From Klebsormidium nitens (lineage: Eukaryota > Plantae > Klebsormidiophyceae): a DNA stretch of 43,824 nt. Location of the stretch: positions 1-43,824 of the forward strand of contig DF237638.1 of NCBI GenBank assembly GCA_000708835.1. Direction: 5' to 3'. Each line of letters starts with the position of its first letter. Position 1 is the first letter of the stretch. The translations under genes and the position numbers were made by a program. The notes under the pieces were generated by a model. The model worked only from the letters and a program-made list of their open reading frames with translations. It was not told the origin of the DNA and ran no database searches. Of this stretch, positions 10,872-21,900 are shown piece by piece.

Positions 10872-13800
10872 CTATCGCTGCTGCCGCTCGTCGTCGTCCT
10901 CCTCGTCCTCCTCGTCGTCCTCGTCCTCGTCGTCGTCTTCCTCGTCGTCCCCCTCGTCCTCGTCCTGCTCGTGCCCCGGGTGCCGTCCCCGCTGCACCCG
11001 CCGCCGCTGCCCTTCGTCCTCGTCGTCGTCCGGGGGGGGCCCCATCGGCGGCAGCTGCTCCTCGCCCTCTTCGCCCTCATCTGCAGCACCACCCCCGCCA
11101 CCATCAGCGCACTGACCAGCCAGCTGGGGAAGCCTCGCCAGCGGCCTGCTTGCGTCACTGCAATGCTACCTTCTGCGTCCTTGCCGCAGGCACAGTGCAG
11201 GCCTGGCTGGTTGCAAACGACCCAGTGCATCATGCCGCGGTGCTCACCTTCGTCGTCCGACCCGAGGTCCTCTAGTTGCTGCCGCAGCTCCTCCTCGCGC
11301 CGCTGCACCAAAGCACACGCCCACATGGCATCAGTGACACGCAGGCACGCCGCCCCACACACCCAGATGCTGGGCCACGATGCAGAGGTCCTGAAAGCGC
11401 CATCGGAAGGTGCACCACGGCGGCGTGCGCTGGCCTCACCTTGAGCTCCTCCTTGGCGCGGTCGATCTCTTCCAGGCTGGCAGCCCCGCCCAGGTTCAGT
11501 CCCGGCAGCCCCGCCCCCTCCAGCCCCTCCTCCCCCCGCTCCTTGCGCTTCCCNNNNNNNNNNNNNNNNNNNNNNNNNNNNNNNNNNNNNNNNNNNNNNN
11601 NNNNNNNNNNNNNNNNNNNNNNNNNNNNNNNNNNNNNNNNNNNNNNNNNNNNNNNNNNNNNNNNNNNNNNNNNNNNNNNNNNNNNNNNNNNNNNNNNNNN
11701 NNNNNNNNNNNNNNNNNNNNNNNNNNNNNNNNNNNNNNNNNNNNNNNNNNNNNNNNNNNNNNNNNNNNNNNNNNNNNNNNNNNNNNNNNNNNNNNNNNNN
11801 NNNNNNNNNNNNNNNNNNNNNNNNNNNNNNNNNNNNNNNNNNNNNNNNNNNNNNNNNNNNNNNNNNNNNNNNNNNNNNNNNNNNNNNNNNNNGGCCGCGC
11901 CCTCGGCCGCGCGGGCCCGCAGTGCCGCGCTTCACCTCCTTGGCTGCAGAGAGGCCCCGCGCCCCGGCGAGCAGGGGCTGGCCGGCCTGCATGAGCAGCG
12001 AGGGATCCGCAGGCCCCACAAAGCGGAGGTTGTCGCCCACCTGGCAAGGCAGCCCGCCGCCAGCGTAGTCAGGAAGCGGCCCAGCTATGTCGGCGGGTTA
12101 ATATTGCAAAGCAGCAGGGGCCACGCGTGCAGCCATGCGGGCCCCTTGTAAGGTCCAGAATGCTTGGAGAAATAGGTCACAGGCGCACAGCGAGGCCGCT
12201 TCGGAGCAAGCCGGCGACAGCAGTGCGGAGGCAATGATGCAGTGATGCACTCACCTCAGCCAGGCTGATCCACTCCCACTGCTCGTCCGGCGTGTTGATG
12301 TTGTAGATCAAACAGTGCATGTCCTGTGCATGACAGGTGGGAAGAAGCGAGGGTCAAAAGAGCCGTCACCAGAACAGTGGCCGTGCCATGGGCGCCAGCA
12401 GAGAAGGCGCACGAGGGGAAAAAGCAGCACGCAGGAGCAGGCCCCGCCCACGCCAGGAGGGCCGCTGCGAGGAGGCCTCACCGTGTCGGGGTTGTAGTCG
12501 CTGATGATGGCCTGGTACCAGCCATCTTCATCCCACAGCGTCTCCACCCGCTTCCCCACGTGCTCGTTGATCGTCAAGCCCACTGGCAGGCTGCCCGCCG
12601 GGCCGGCCGCACGCCCAGGACGGCCGCCCCGCCCACGCCCAGACGGAGCGCCCTGCAGCCCCACAATGCGACGCAGGCAAGTCAGCAGCGGCGGACGCGC
12701 CCACGTGAGGCAGGTTCGGGGTAAGGGGAATACATTGGGGGGGAATACACTGGAGGTGCCGGCCTACTGTTTCGAAAACGCCGGCGGCCTTCAAAATCTC
12801 AACGGGACTAGGATTCTCTGCTAGAGAGCAACCGGAAATTCTCTGACACCTCAATCTAGAAAACATGCCTTTCTATGCCTGACACCACAATCTAGAAAAC
12901 ATGCCTTTCTATGCCTGATACCACAATCTAGAAAGCATGCCTTTCTATGCGCGTACTGCTGCCTGCTTGCCCTGGGTCGCTCCCAGTCCTCACCCCCCGT
13001 CCTTTGGTGGCCCCCAGTGCCCCCCCTCTTCCCCGGGCTGCCAGGCTGGGCGGCGGCGCGGTCTTCCTGTCGCGGGGCGGCGGGGCCTGCAGCGCGGGCG
13101 GCGGGGCCATGCTCATCGGCCCCAGCTTCGGCTTCTTGCGGCCCCCGCCCCCCCGCCCGACGCCGGCCCAAAGCCCGCCCCCGGCGTGCCGTCGTAGTGG
13201 GTCATGGCCCCGCCGTAGCCGCCGCTGCCGCCACGCTGTTGCAACCCCTCACTGCGCAGCGACACATGGGAGAGGAGGGGTGTAAGGAACAGATGGCGAC
13301 AAGGAACACGGAGACAGAACTGCGAAGAGGCAGTCAGGAAGGCGGAGGGGGTGGACCAAGAGGGTGAGCAGCAAGGCTGCCTCTCGGTTTGATCAGCCAG
13401 CCGCAGTAGAGAGACAGGCGCACATGTCCGCTCCCTCCGTGGGCACAGCATTGTGCTGGGCAGCATTCGCGGGTGCCACCATGCGAGGCGTTTTTGCTGG
13501 CACGCGTGCACTTGCACAGTCAGGCTGACAGCGGAGCATGGGCCTACCGGATCCTGCGCAGGCCTTCGTTGTGGCGCTCCGCTTGCACGATGGAGCGGTG
13601 CGTCTCCTCGGCCACGTGCAGGCTCTTACGCAGGCCCACCAGCAGCTCCTCCTCGTCCTGCACGCCAAGCGGAGGCACGCTAGCGCAGGGGCAACGGGGG
13701 CGGCGGGAGCAAGAAACGGGGGGGGAGCAAGCACTCGATGCAGCCAATGGGTGCCAAGCACACCGGCGCACGAGAGCGCGCTGCTCACCCAGCCAATGTT

Positions 13801-14455
13801 GTTGGACTGTGCCATGAAGGCCCTCATGACCCCTGTGTAGGCGTCCTGCTGCAGCTGCCGCAGCTGCGCACCGTAGTCAGAACCCCCACCGCGCGCTGGC
13901 TCCTTGGGACCCCCACCGCCGGCCCTCCCAGAACCGCGGCCATAGCGGTTCTCCGGTGGTGGAGAATTGTCATCATCGGTGTCTGCAGAGAAGAGAGGGG
14001 AGAAAATGAAGCGTGCAGCACAGCCACAAAACAGACTGGGAAGAAGGAGTAATCCTCGGCCTTGCCCATAGTGGTGCTCCTCAGGCGATAATTGGCCGAA
14101 GTGGCGGGATTACCACAACAATGGCATGATGCATCGGGCTCAGCAGCACACCGTAATAGCATCAAGCTCTGCTTAGCTAAGAAGAACTGCATTGCAAGAG
14201 TCTGGGCACTCACTACTGTCAGACTGCATCCTAGAACCGCGCTTGCAGGCTGCAGGCCAGCAGGGACTCCAAAAGGAACCCTCGAAAGAGTAGACACGGA
14301 CTCAGGACCTTCAACCCAGCGAATCAAGTGTTTCAGGAACTACAGAACAGACAAAGCTAGCAGCTGTCGTTCATCAATGAGCCATTGTCATGCCGACCAG
14401 GCCCGCTGGTTGTGGAAGCACGTCGCCGCCTTGTTGAAAGGATACCTCGCGCCAT
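10872..14455 (-). CDS. EML: EMSY-like (EML) chromatin protein: ENT domain + Tudor/Agenet-like domain + acidic tail
   Basis: The exon from 13982 gives TDDDNSPPP...QLRQLQQDAYTGVMRAFMAQSNNIGW, then DEEELLVGLRKSLHVAEETHRSIVQAERHNEGLRRIR (ENT domain as recalled for plant EML1-4). HVGKRVETLWDEDGWYQAIISDYNPDT / MHCLIYNINTPDEQWEWISL is Tudor-like. The last exon is D/E-rich with TAG at 10872-10874. The first exon is tentative (ATGGCGCGAG|gtatcc at 14455-14446), and the middle is interrupted by the N gap. Confidence 0.85.
11554..11892. other. Assembly gap (339 N)
   Basis: Run of n within the EML gene. Confidence 1.
12843..12950. repeat. Intronic 36-bp tandem repeat x3
   Basis: Unit CTGACACCACAATCTAGAAAACATGCCTTTCTATGC at 12843, 12879 and 12915, about 1-2 substitutions per copy, no spacers. 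Confidence 0.95.
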
Positions 14456-14928
14456 TGCAGTACCGTATCAGCCACTTTGGCGCGGCACCACTACAATCTG
14501 GCTACCTACCTCATGCACGCCCTGTGCACACTTGAATATACCTATACCTACCGTAATCGGAGTGTGACTTCAGTGTGCCTATTCACACTCGTAGCTTCAG
14601 TGGTCCTGCGGAGGGCTACCCTGGAGGCTACGACTTCGGAAGCGGATATAAAAAATGTGAGGGTCGAAACTGGTATCGACGGTACCAGCGATCAGTGACG
14701 TTTCAATTTTACCGGCCCGTATCCAAAAACCTATGCTTTTGCCGCGCAGGGGCCCAACGCGACGGCCGCAGCGGCCCGGTTCCGTGAACATGCGAGTCGT
14801 GACCTATCTTCGATACAGTCAGTTCGATTGGGGGCCTCCAAAACCTCGCGGATCGAACATCTTGGCCGAGCATGTGAACGGGGCGTGCAGAGTCCCTGGG
14901 GCCTGGAGTATACTGTCTAGTACTAATA

Positions 14929-15202
14929 CCGTAGTGGCACGACCCATTCACCCTGAAATTAATTATTTTGGGCTTGTGTGAAAAAAATAATTAATTCTGA
15001 ACAGCTTGTGTGAAACTGCGAAACTAAAAGATCCGGGTTAGTTGATTGGTTACGTCTGTTTTGGGTGGTTAATCACCTGATTCTGTAGGGTTATATTGCT
15101 GGTACGAAATGAAATAAATACTCTTGAGCTTGGTGTGAAAAAAAATAAGTGAAAAAAATAATGTTCGCAGAGAGGGGTCGCGAATGGGTCGTGCCACTAC
15201 GG
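14929..15202. mobile_element. Tc1/mariner-type MITE, 274 bp
   Basis: Perfect 21-bp TIRs CCGTAGTGGCACGACCCATTC (14929-14949; reverse complement at 15182-15202), TA on both sides (14927-28, 15203-04), AT-rich interior with GTGAAAAAAATAA repeats, no ORF. Confidence 0.88.
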
Positions 15203-15221
15203 TACCGTATGGCGGGCCCAC

Positions 15222-18110
15222 ATGTGTGACATGGTGCTCGCTGCCACCCTTCGAACAGCGCCGGCAAGGACAAGTTTGGGTGTGCTAGGTGCCCACAGCG
15301 GTGGGGCAATGTCGGTGGCAGCGGATTGGGCTTGGTATCCTTTCGGCCAGTCAAAGACGATCTTCCTCATTCGCCATGCCCAAGGGTATGCAACGAGCAG
15401 CAACTTTGCAGTATTTTTCGTCCTGTTGGCTTGCGGATTGCGTGCTTCATAGACAGATGGTGTGGAATCCAGTCTCTTACGTTGCGTATAAGGGACAGAT
15501 CTGCGGAATCAACCACATCTTATCAGAGCATAATCCAGGTGCAGTGGTCACGCATTTGAAAGGGGCCTTCCTGGAACAGCTTCGAGGCAGAGACACCTTG
15601 CCTGATCAAGCCAGGTCTGACGATGTTGCAGTGCACCTTCGTTGCCTCCTTTCCCCCCTTCCCTCCTCCTACAACCCCAAACCTCAGATACGGTACACCG
15701 CTGTGACCTCAGCTTCTGGTCGCTCCTGATCATCCTGCTTTGACTCTGTTGCAGGCACCACAATGTTGCTGGTATGTTGCTGCAACCATTCTAGGGGACG
15801 CTCCTGCTGGCCCCCAGGCACACCTGTGTTGTTCTTGTGTCCCTGCTGCCGCACAAAGCGCCGACGTTGAGTTGGGCAGATGCCGTTCGCGATCCCTGGT
15901 CGAAGCCAGATGGCACCTGGCGGGCTGATTCTGTGTTGCTGCGCCAAACATTGCGTTCTGCTGGCACCCTGAGTTGCCGACCTCTAGTGCTGTGCCTGTT
16001 TGGTGACGCGTTCGCCGTGGCTGCAGGCGAGAAGGACATTGCTGCCTACAAGTCGTGGGATTGGGCGGATGCGTCGTTGACCCCCCTTGGTTTTTCACAA
16101 ACACGCTCCCTGCGGCGCCACCTGGCCCAGCTCTCGCCCGCTCCCCGCCTAGACCTCGTGGTCGTATCCCCGCTGACCCGCACGCTCCAGACGGCGTGTG
16201 CCGTCTTTGGGACCCCGGCCGATGAGAAGCCCCCTAGCGCGGGCGACCAGCAGGCTGCACCGGTGCTCATGCTGCCATCGGACGAGGCGCCAGGCTTCAC
16301 AAGCAGCGGCGCCCCCCCATTTGTGGCCACGGAGCTCTGCCGGGAGTAAGTGGCGACTCATGCGAAGACCTGTTGTAGACATGTTTTGCCAGAGAGTGAT
16401 TTGCACCTGTTGTGGCCAATTCTTGAGTGGTTGGAGTCTGGGACAGTATGGGCACCGTGGTTTTCTATATGACGGGCTTTCCCCGACCCCACCGCAGGCA
16501 CTACGGGCTGCACCCCTGCGATGCCCGCCAGAGCCTCTCGCACTACGCCAAGACCTTCCCCGCCGTCGACTTCTCCCAGGTGCGTCACAACAGGGACGGC
16601 TGCCACCAGCAGGGACAAAGCTCTCGAGGAAAAGAATTGCCAAGCTGCCGAATGTGGGCCGTCGCTTTCACCATTGGGAGACATCGAGAATGAGATTTTG
16701 GGTGTGCCGAACGATTTCGGCTACTTTGTTCCAGAACTTTTGCAATCTGCTTTCTGCTTACCATAGAGCAGTTCATTGTTTCGCCTGATTTCTGCAGGGG
16801 CCCCTGAGGTGCTTGCCGCCATCACCAATTGTCTGAAAGGGCCCCTACCCAACGTTCTCATGTGGAGAACCGCCTCGCCTTGCGAATCTTGGAAGCAGGC
16901 CTTTTTTCCATCCAGCAAGCCGACCTACCAGAGAAAGTCGCTATCTGAGCTCGAAGATGCCGGTTCTGTTCAAGCTGTGCTTGACCCGCTTCCCCCTTCG
17001 CGTGGCACAGGTGGAGTCGGAAGAGGATGTGCTGTGGAAGCCCGACATCCGCGAAAGCGATGACGATCTGCTGGAACGAAGCCATCACTTTGTGAAGTGG
17101 TGAGTCGTCCGGCAGAGCTGTTCGTTTCAATCAGCAAGAAGTTACGGGCGTGGAGCAGTGCTGCCATTCGTGTTGTACAGATGTCCGTGTTCCCACTTCT
17201 AGAGCGCACGCCTTTCCTTCTTTTTCCGCACAATATGGTCCTCAAAGCCTGGTTCGTGCCAACTTTCCTTGCTGCCCCTCTCTGTCGCCCTGGCTGCGCT
17301 GTACCGCTGCGTGTCCCCCTGTCTGCTTGTCCAGGCTGTTGCAGCGACCGGAGGAGCGCATTGCCGTGGTGACCCACAGCGGCTTCCTGCACGCCCTCCT
17401 CAGCCACGCCGGCCACGACTGCCCGCCCCCGGTCCAGGACTATCTCCGCACCGGGTGAGCCGCGCCGCTCGACAGCCGCTCGCGGCGGTTGGGTCAATTA
17501 GGGAAACTGGGCTTTTGCCCCAACATACTCACAGCATGCTAACGTTTCTGATGGTGTACCCTTCACTGAAGCAAGCGGCTTGAGATGCTAACACCTTCTT
17601 GGCGTTTGGACCGTCAGTTATGTTTGTACTCTGGTCACTACCAGTACCCAATTCGGTACCTCTTTAATTTGTGAGGTTTTTATGTTTGTACTCTGGTCAC
17701 TATCAGTACCCATTTCGGTACCTCTTTAAATTGTGGGTTTTTTGTGTGCAAGGTTTCGGAATTGCGAGCTGCGGGTTCTCACACTTGCAAACAAGCGGTG
17801 AGTCATCGAAAGAAAGCTGTTGCTACTAATGAGATGGGCAGCAAACAAGTCGACAATGCTCCATTACTTCTTCGATGTATGCTTGGCTGCATCAGTTGCT
17901 ACACTGGAAAGCTGACTGCCCGCATCTCCTTGATTCACCAACCACATTTGCAAATTTCCATTTAGGAATGGATCGGTTGCGCCCACAAGCATCGGGTTGA
18001 ACTTCCCGGGGGGCCATCCGTCTGGACCCAGCGCTGGCTCCGACCTGCTTGACGACGTGGAAGGAACCGTGAAGGAGCAGGAGGCAAGCGATGATGCAAA
18101 TAAGAGTTGA
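15222..18110 (+). CDS. Histidine phosphatase / phosphoglycerate mutase-like protein
   Basis: The spliced product has KTIFLIRHAQG-HHNVAG (RHA catalytic motif), DASLTPLG, DLVVVSPLTRTLQTA, ELCRE-HYGLHPCD, IAVVTHSGFL, FRNCELR and a final NFPGG. This is the layout of plant PGM-like proteins. Start is 15222 or 15309; TGA at 18108-18110. Confidence 0.88.
17618..17741. repeat. Intronic 62-bp tandem duplication
   Basis: TTATGTTTGTACTCTGGTCACTA(C/T)CAGTACCCA(A/T)TTCGGTACCTCTTTAA... begins at 17618 and at 17680 and ends about 10 nt before the acceptor at 17751-17752. Confidence 0.92.
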
Positions 18111-18981
18111 CGGGCGTTGATTATCTCACAGACATTCTTATGCACGCATAGTTGTTAAGCTGTTACTGCTCAAAAAGGTTATCCAGATTCTGACGTCATT
18201 TTCCTGTTGAATCGTTTTACGCTTCACCCGAATTTCTCGCTGACAGCGACATCAAGCATGTTGCAATAGTGGAATAGTTGTAGCTTGTTTCAACGAACGC
18301 TCTCAGTGGGACAAGCCTGGGCACTGAGTTGGGGACGATGTATCGATGCGTCCCGTCCTTGTCCATTATTTTCCCTTTTCCATGTTGGGTATGTTTTTGA
18401 AGGCTACTTTTGGGGGAGCAATCCGACGTACGAGACAAACGTGATGATTGAGGATTGTTCAGACACTTGGAGTGAACCACATACCTCGATGACCTTGCCA
18501 TACGCTAGGAGGCGTTCCATGTACGTAAAAGGTGGCAGATTGTTGGATTTGTCAATGAAGATATTTCGCCCGAGATATCACATCAACATTATGTTGTCCA
18601 TTCCATCATCCCGTTATAAGCATTCAATGATTAGCTTATGCGAAATTTAGTATACTACACGTCGCTTACGCGTGGTATAAAGCAACATACAACGCAGATA
18701 TTACCGGTATGGCGACACAATATAAAGGGTGTGTCGTCGATCAACCTAAAGCATGTGCAGTGATTACTAACTTTACCGTCATCCATGTTGGATTACACAT
18801 GTAAACAAGGGAATTATGATGCATCAAGGGAATTAACGAAACAAAACACGGGATGTCCATGCAAAATTTCAAACAATGATTCTGATCATATATTTATATC
18901 AGCTTTAGTTAGCTTCGATTGGAGCAGGTAACATCGGCCTATTCGCAATACTGATACTCATACTGGGGCACTCGACATGGA

Positions 18982-21900
18982 TTACCGGCGTTTGGCCGTT
19001 GACATACTCCCTTGACTCTCCCTCTCTTTCTCTTGGCATATCTTCAATCGAATCTGCTCTTCGTTGATCTCCACCTGAACCATCCAAAAGGCAAGAAGTT
19101 CCTTTTTTATTGCAAGGGTTCAGCATAAAGAAGAGACGCTCGCAACAAACGTTCCAGGTTTGAGTTGTAAATGCTCGGCACGTCCTTCAAACGCTTGGCG
19201 AACATGCGGCTCACCTGCTGTGAAAATTGCAGAAAGAGCGCATGTGTCTCTTCTCGTCCGGTCACTGCCAGTTCGGCTCCTCGATACCAGAGTACAGTGT
19301 CCACATGGCTCTTCTGCTTGACAGCTACTTCCAGCGCCCTGTATCAAATCACCTTGAATTAGGTGCCCGTAAACCTTGCACTCAAGAGGCAACGACCGGA
19401 ACTGGACCAACCTGAGATGTAAAAGCAACTTAAAACAACAGGCTGTGAATGTTGAAACTTTTGGAAGATCCATGAAATGATTTCATCACTCGTCCGTTTG
19501 CGAAGCCTGCTCTGGCGACGCGGGCCAGCTTGTTGCAAGTGCTACTCACCTGTCCCAGTTCTTGGCACGGATGTGGATTTTGATGGCTCGATATACAAGT
19601 CCCGCTTGGAGAAGGATGCCTTCCGCCTCTTCTATCCTTCCTTGCAAGACCGCCAGCTGTGCTGCGCGTGCCTCTTCGCGCGGCAGCGCGCGTATGTACG
19701 CCAGCGCGTCCACCATGGCCACCTGCGAAGCAAGGCCCCGCCGCGGCAAGGGGTCGGTCACACGCTCCCGGCCACCAGTGACGCCGCCCAGAAATCAGAC
19801 CCGCATACCGCACGACACCAGCGTCGCAGCCACGAGCTTTCGATCACGAGCGACTGAACAGGGCAGCCATGCCAGACCTCCGTTTGCTAGCTTGAGCATG
19901 ACGGACTGCTGAGAAGTGTCCCTCGAGGACGGGTCTCCACTGCAGACTGAGGCCGCTCTCGTGGCACTAGCTGCGCCGCTCACCTGTCCCAGTGCTGCGT
20001 AGGCCGCCTCTGCGGTGGCGGTCTCCCGTGCGGCCAGGGCCCGTGCGGCCAGTGCTGCCCAGAGGCCGTCGTCGGCCACGCAGCGGCACAGCCGGGTGGC
20101 GGCCTCCCACCGGCCTGCGGCGGCGGCTTGGGCGAGCGCGAGCGGGTACGGGGACACGGCCACGTGCACCAGGGTGCCGCGGGGGGTACGCAGCGTGGCA
20201 GCAGGCTCGCCGTAGGCCACTAGCTCCAGGCGGGGGCCGTGCTGGCTGGAAGGGGGGGTAAAAGAACGTACAGGAACTTCAGAGAGGGCAGCAGGCAGTG
20301 GAGGAGCAACGCAGAGCAACGCCAGTGCGTGGACGAACCACGTAGGTTGGCTCGGGCCATGATCGCTCCGAGCATTGTTCCAGTGCCCAAGAACGACAGG
20401 CGGTCGCCGGGTGCGCGGCGTGTACCTGACGTCGAGGCTGGCGGTGGTGGCGGGGAGCAGGCTCGGGTCGGCGGCCAGCACCCCGGGCGCGGCCCACTGC
20501 AGCACGCGGCCGCCGGCGAGGCCCAGCAGCACGTCCGCGGCCGCGTGCCACGCCAGGCCCTCCACCGCGGCGCCCAGCCGGCCCAGCGCAGGCGACTGCA
20601 CGGACCACCACCAAACCGTCACCAGGCCAGCAGCTGCATCGAGAGCCGCGTGAAAGGCGAGAAAAGGAAAACGCCGTGCGCGTATTCTTTGTTGCATGAC
20701 GTTTCAGGTGACGCACTAGTCCTCAGATTGAACCGCCCCAGTTGCGGAGGCCCTGCCAGACATGTGGGGGCCTCACCTGGAGTGCGGTGCAGTAGAGGTC
20801 GCGGTTTCTGTCGATGAGCGCTAGGCGCCGCTCCGCGGGCGTCCCGCCCTGGCTGAGCGCGACGTGCAGCACGTCCTGGCTGTGCCGCAGCGGCTCCCCG
20901 ACCGGTTGGCCCGTGGCGGTGGAGAGGCAGCGCACGCAGCGCGGGTCCAGCCGGTCGACCACGGCCAGAGTGTCGTTGCTCAAGCTGCAGTTGGCGCCCG
21001 TCAGCGCCTCGGGCCGCAGGCCTGCACGGACAGCCCCACACGACACGCTCAGCACGGGGGCTCGCCGACACTTAGCCGACTCGTCGGCATTTCAGGCTGC
21101 TGCGGCATTGGCAGGCAGGGCCGTGAGCACGAGCGTGCGCGGGGGGGGGCGGACCTTGCCACTTGGGGGTGGCGAGCGTGCGGCCGGTGTAGGAGAGCAG
21201 CTGCACGCCGGCGGAGGGGTCGGCGAGCAGGAAGAGGCGCTCCGCCTGCAGCAGCAGCAGCGGCGTGTCCGCCACCTCCACCACCACCGGCGTGTTCCAC
21301 GACGCCACGCCGTAAATGGCCACCTGCACGCGCCGCACCGAACACCCCGCGCGTCAGCTGCGCCGCAGGAGGACGGCTCGCCGACCGAGGTGGCACCTGC
21401 GCACCCCAAAGAGCACAGGCAGGGAGCCAGGCCGACGCTGGCAGGGGCCGCAAGAGGAGATCAGCACTGCATGGCAGAGAGAAGCGGGCAGGCAGGATGC
21501 GATCATGAAGCCTTGCTCGTCTTGAAGGTGCTCTACCCGCGGGTGGGGATTCGAAGGACGAGTCCTCCACCCCAGGAGCAGCCGGGGTGCGTGGTCGGCC
21601 TGGCGCCGGGGCCTCACCTGATGCGCGGTGGCCACCAGGAGGTGGTCGTACGCGAAGCTCATGGCCACCACCGCCTCGCGCACCTCCAGCTCCTCCTGCG
21701 CCGCGCTGCCCACCTCCTGCGCACCGCCCACAGCCCACCGTGAGCGTGCAGGCGAAACCACTGGAGAGAGCCGAGCGTGGGGCTTCCCGGTGGAGACAAG
21801 CAGGGTGTCCCTGCCCGGCCAGGCTGGGTGGCAGCGCAGGGGCGGGCTGCCTCACCTGGACCCGTATGCGCGCGGGCTCTGCCAGCAGCGCGCTGTGGCT

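Noticed and set aside
10637-12151. ORFs spanning poly-X
   Set aside because: They are artefacts of translating through the N gap.
12843-12950. 36-bp repeats as a CRISPR array
   Set aside because: Copies are directly adjacent with no spacers, no cas genes are present, and the locus is a eukaryotic intron.
13824-14327. MGKAEDYSFFP... (ATG near 14070) as the EML start
   Set aside because: It is out of frame with the ENT exon and has no convincing phase-1 GT donor before the polypyrimidine acceptor at 13983.
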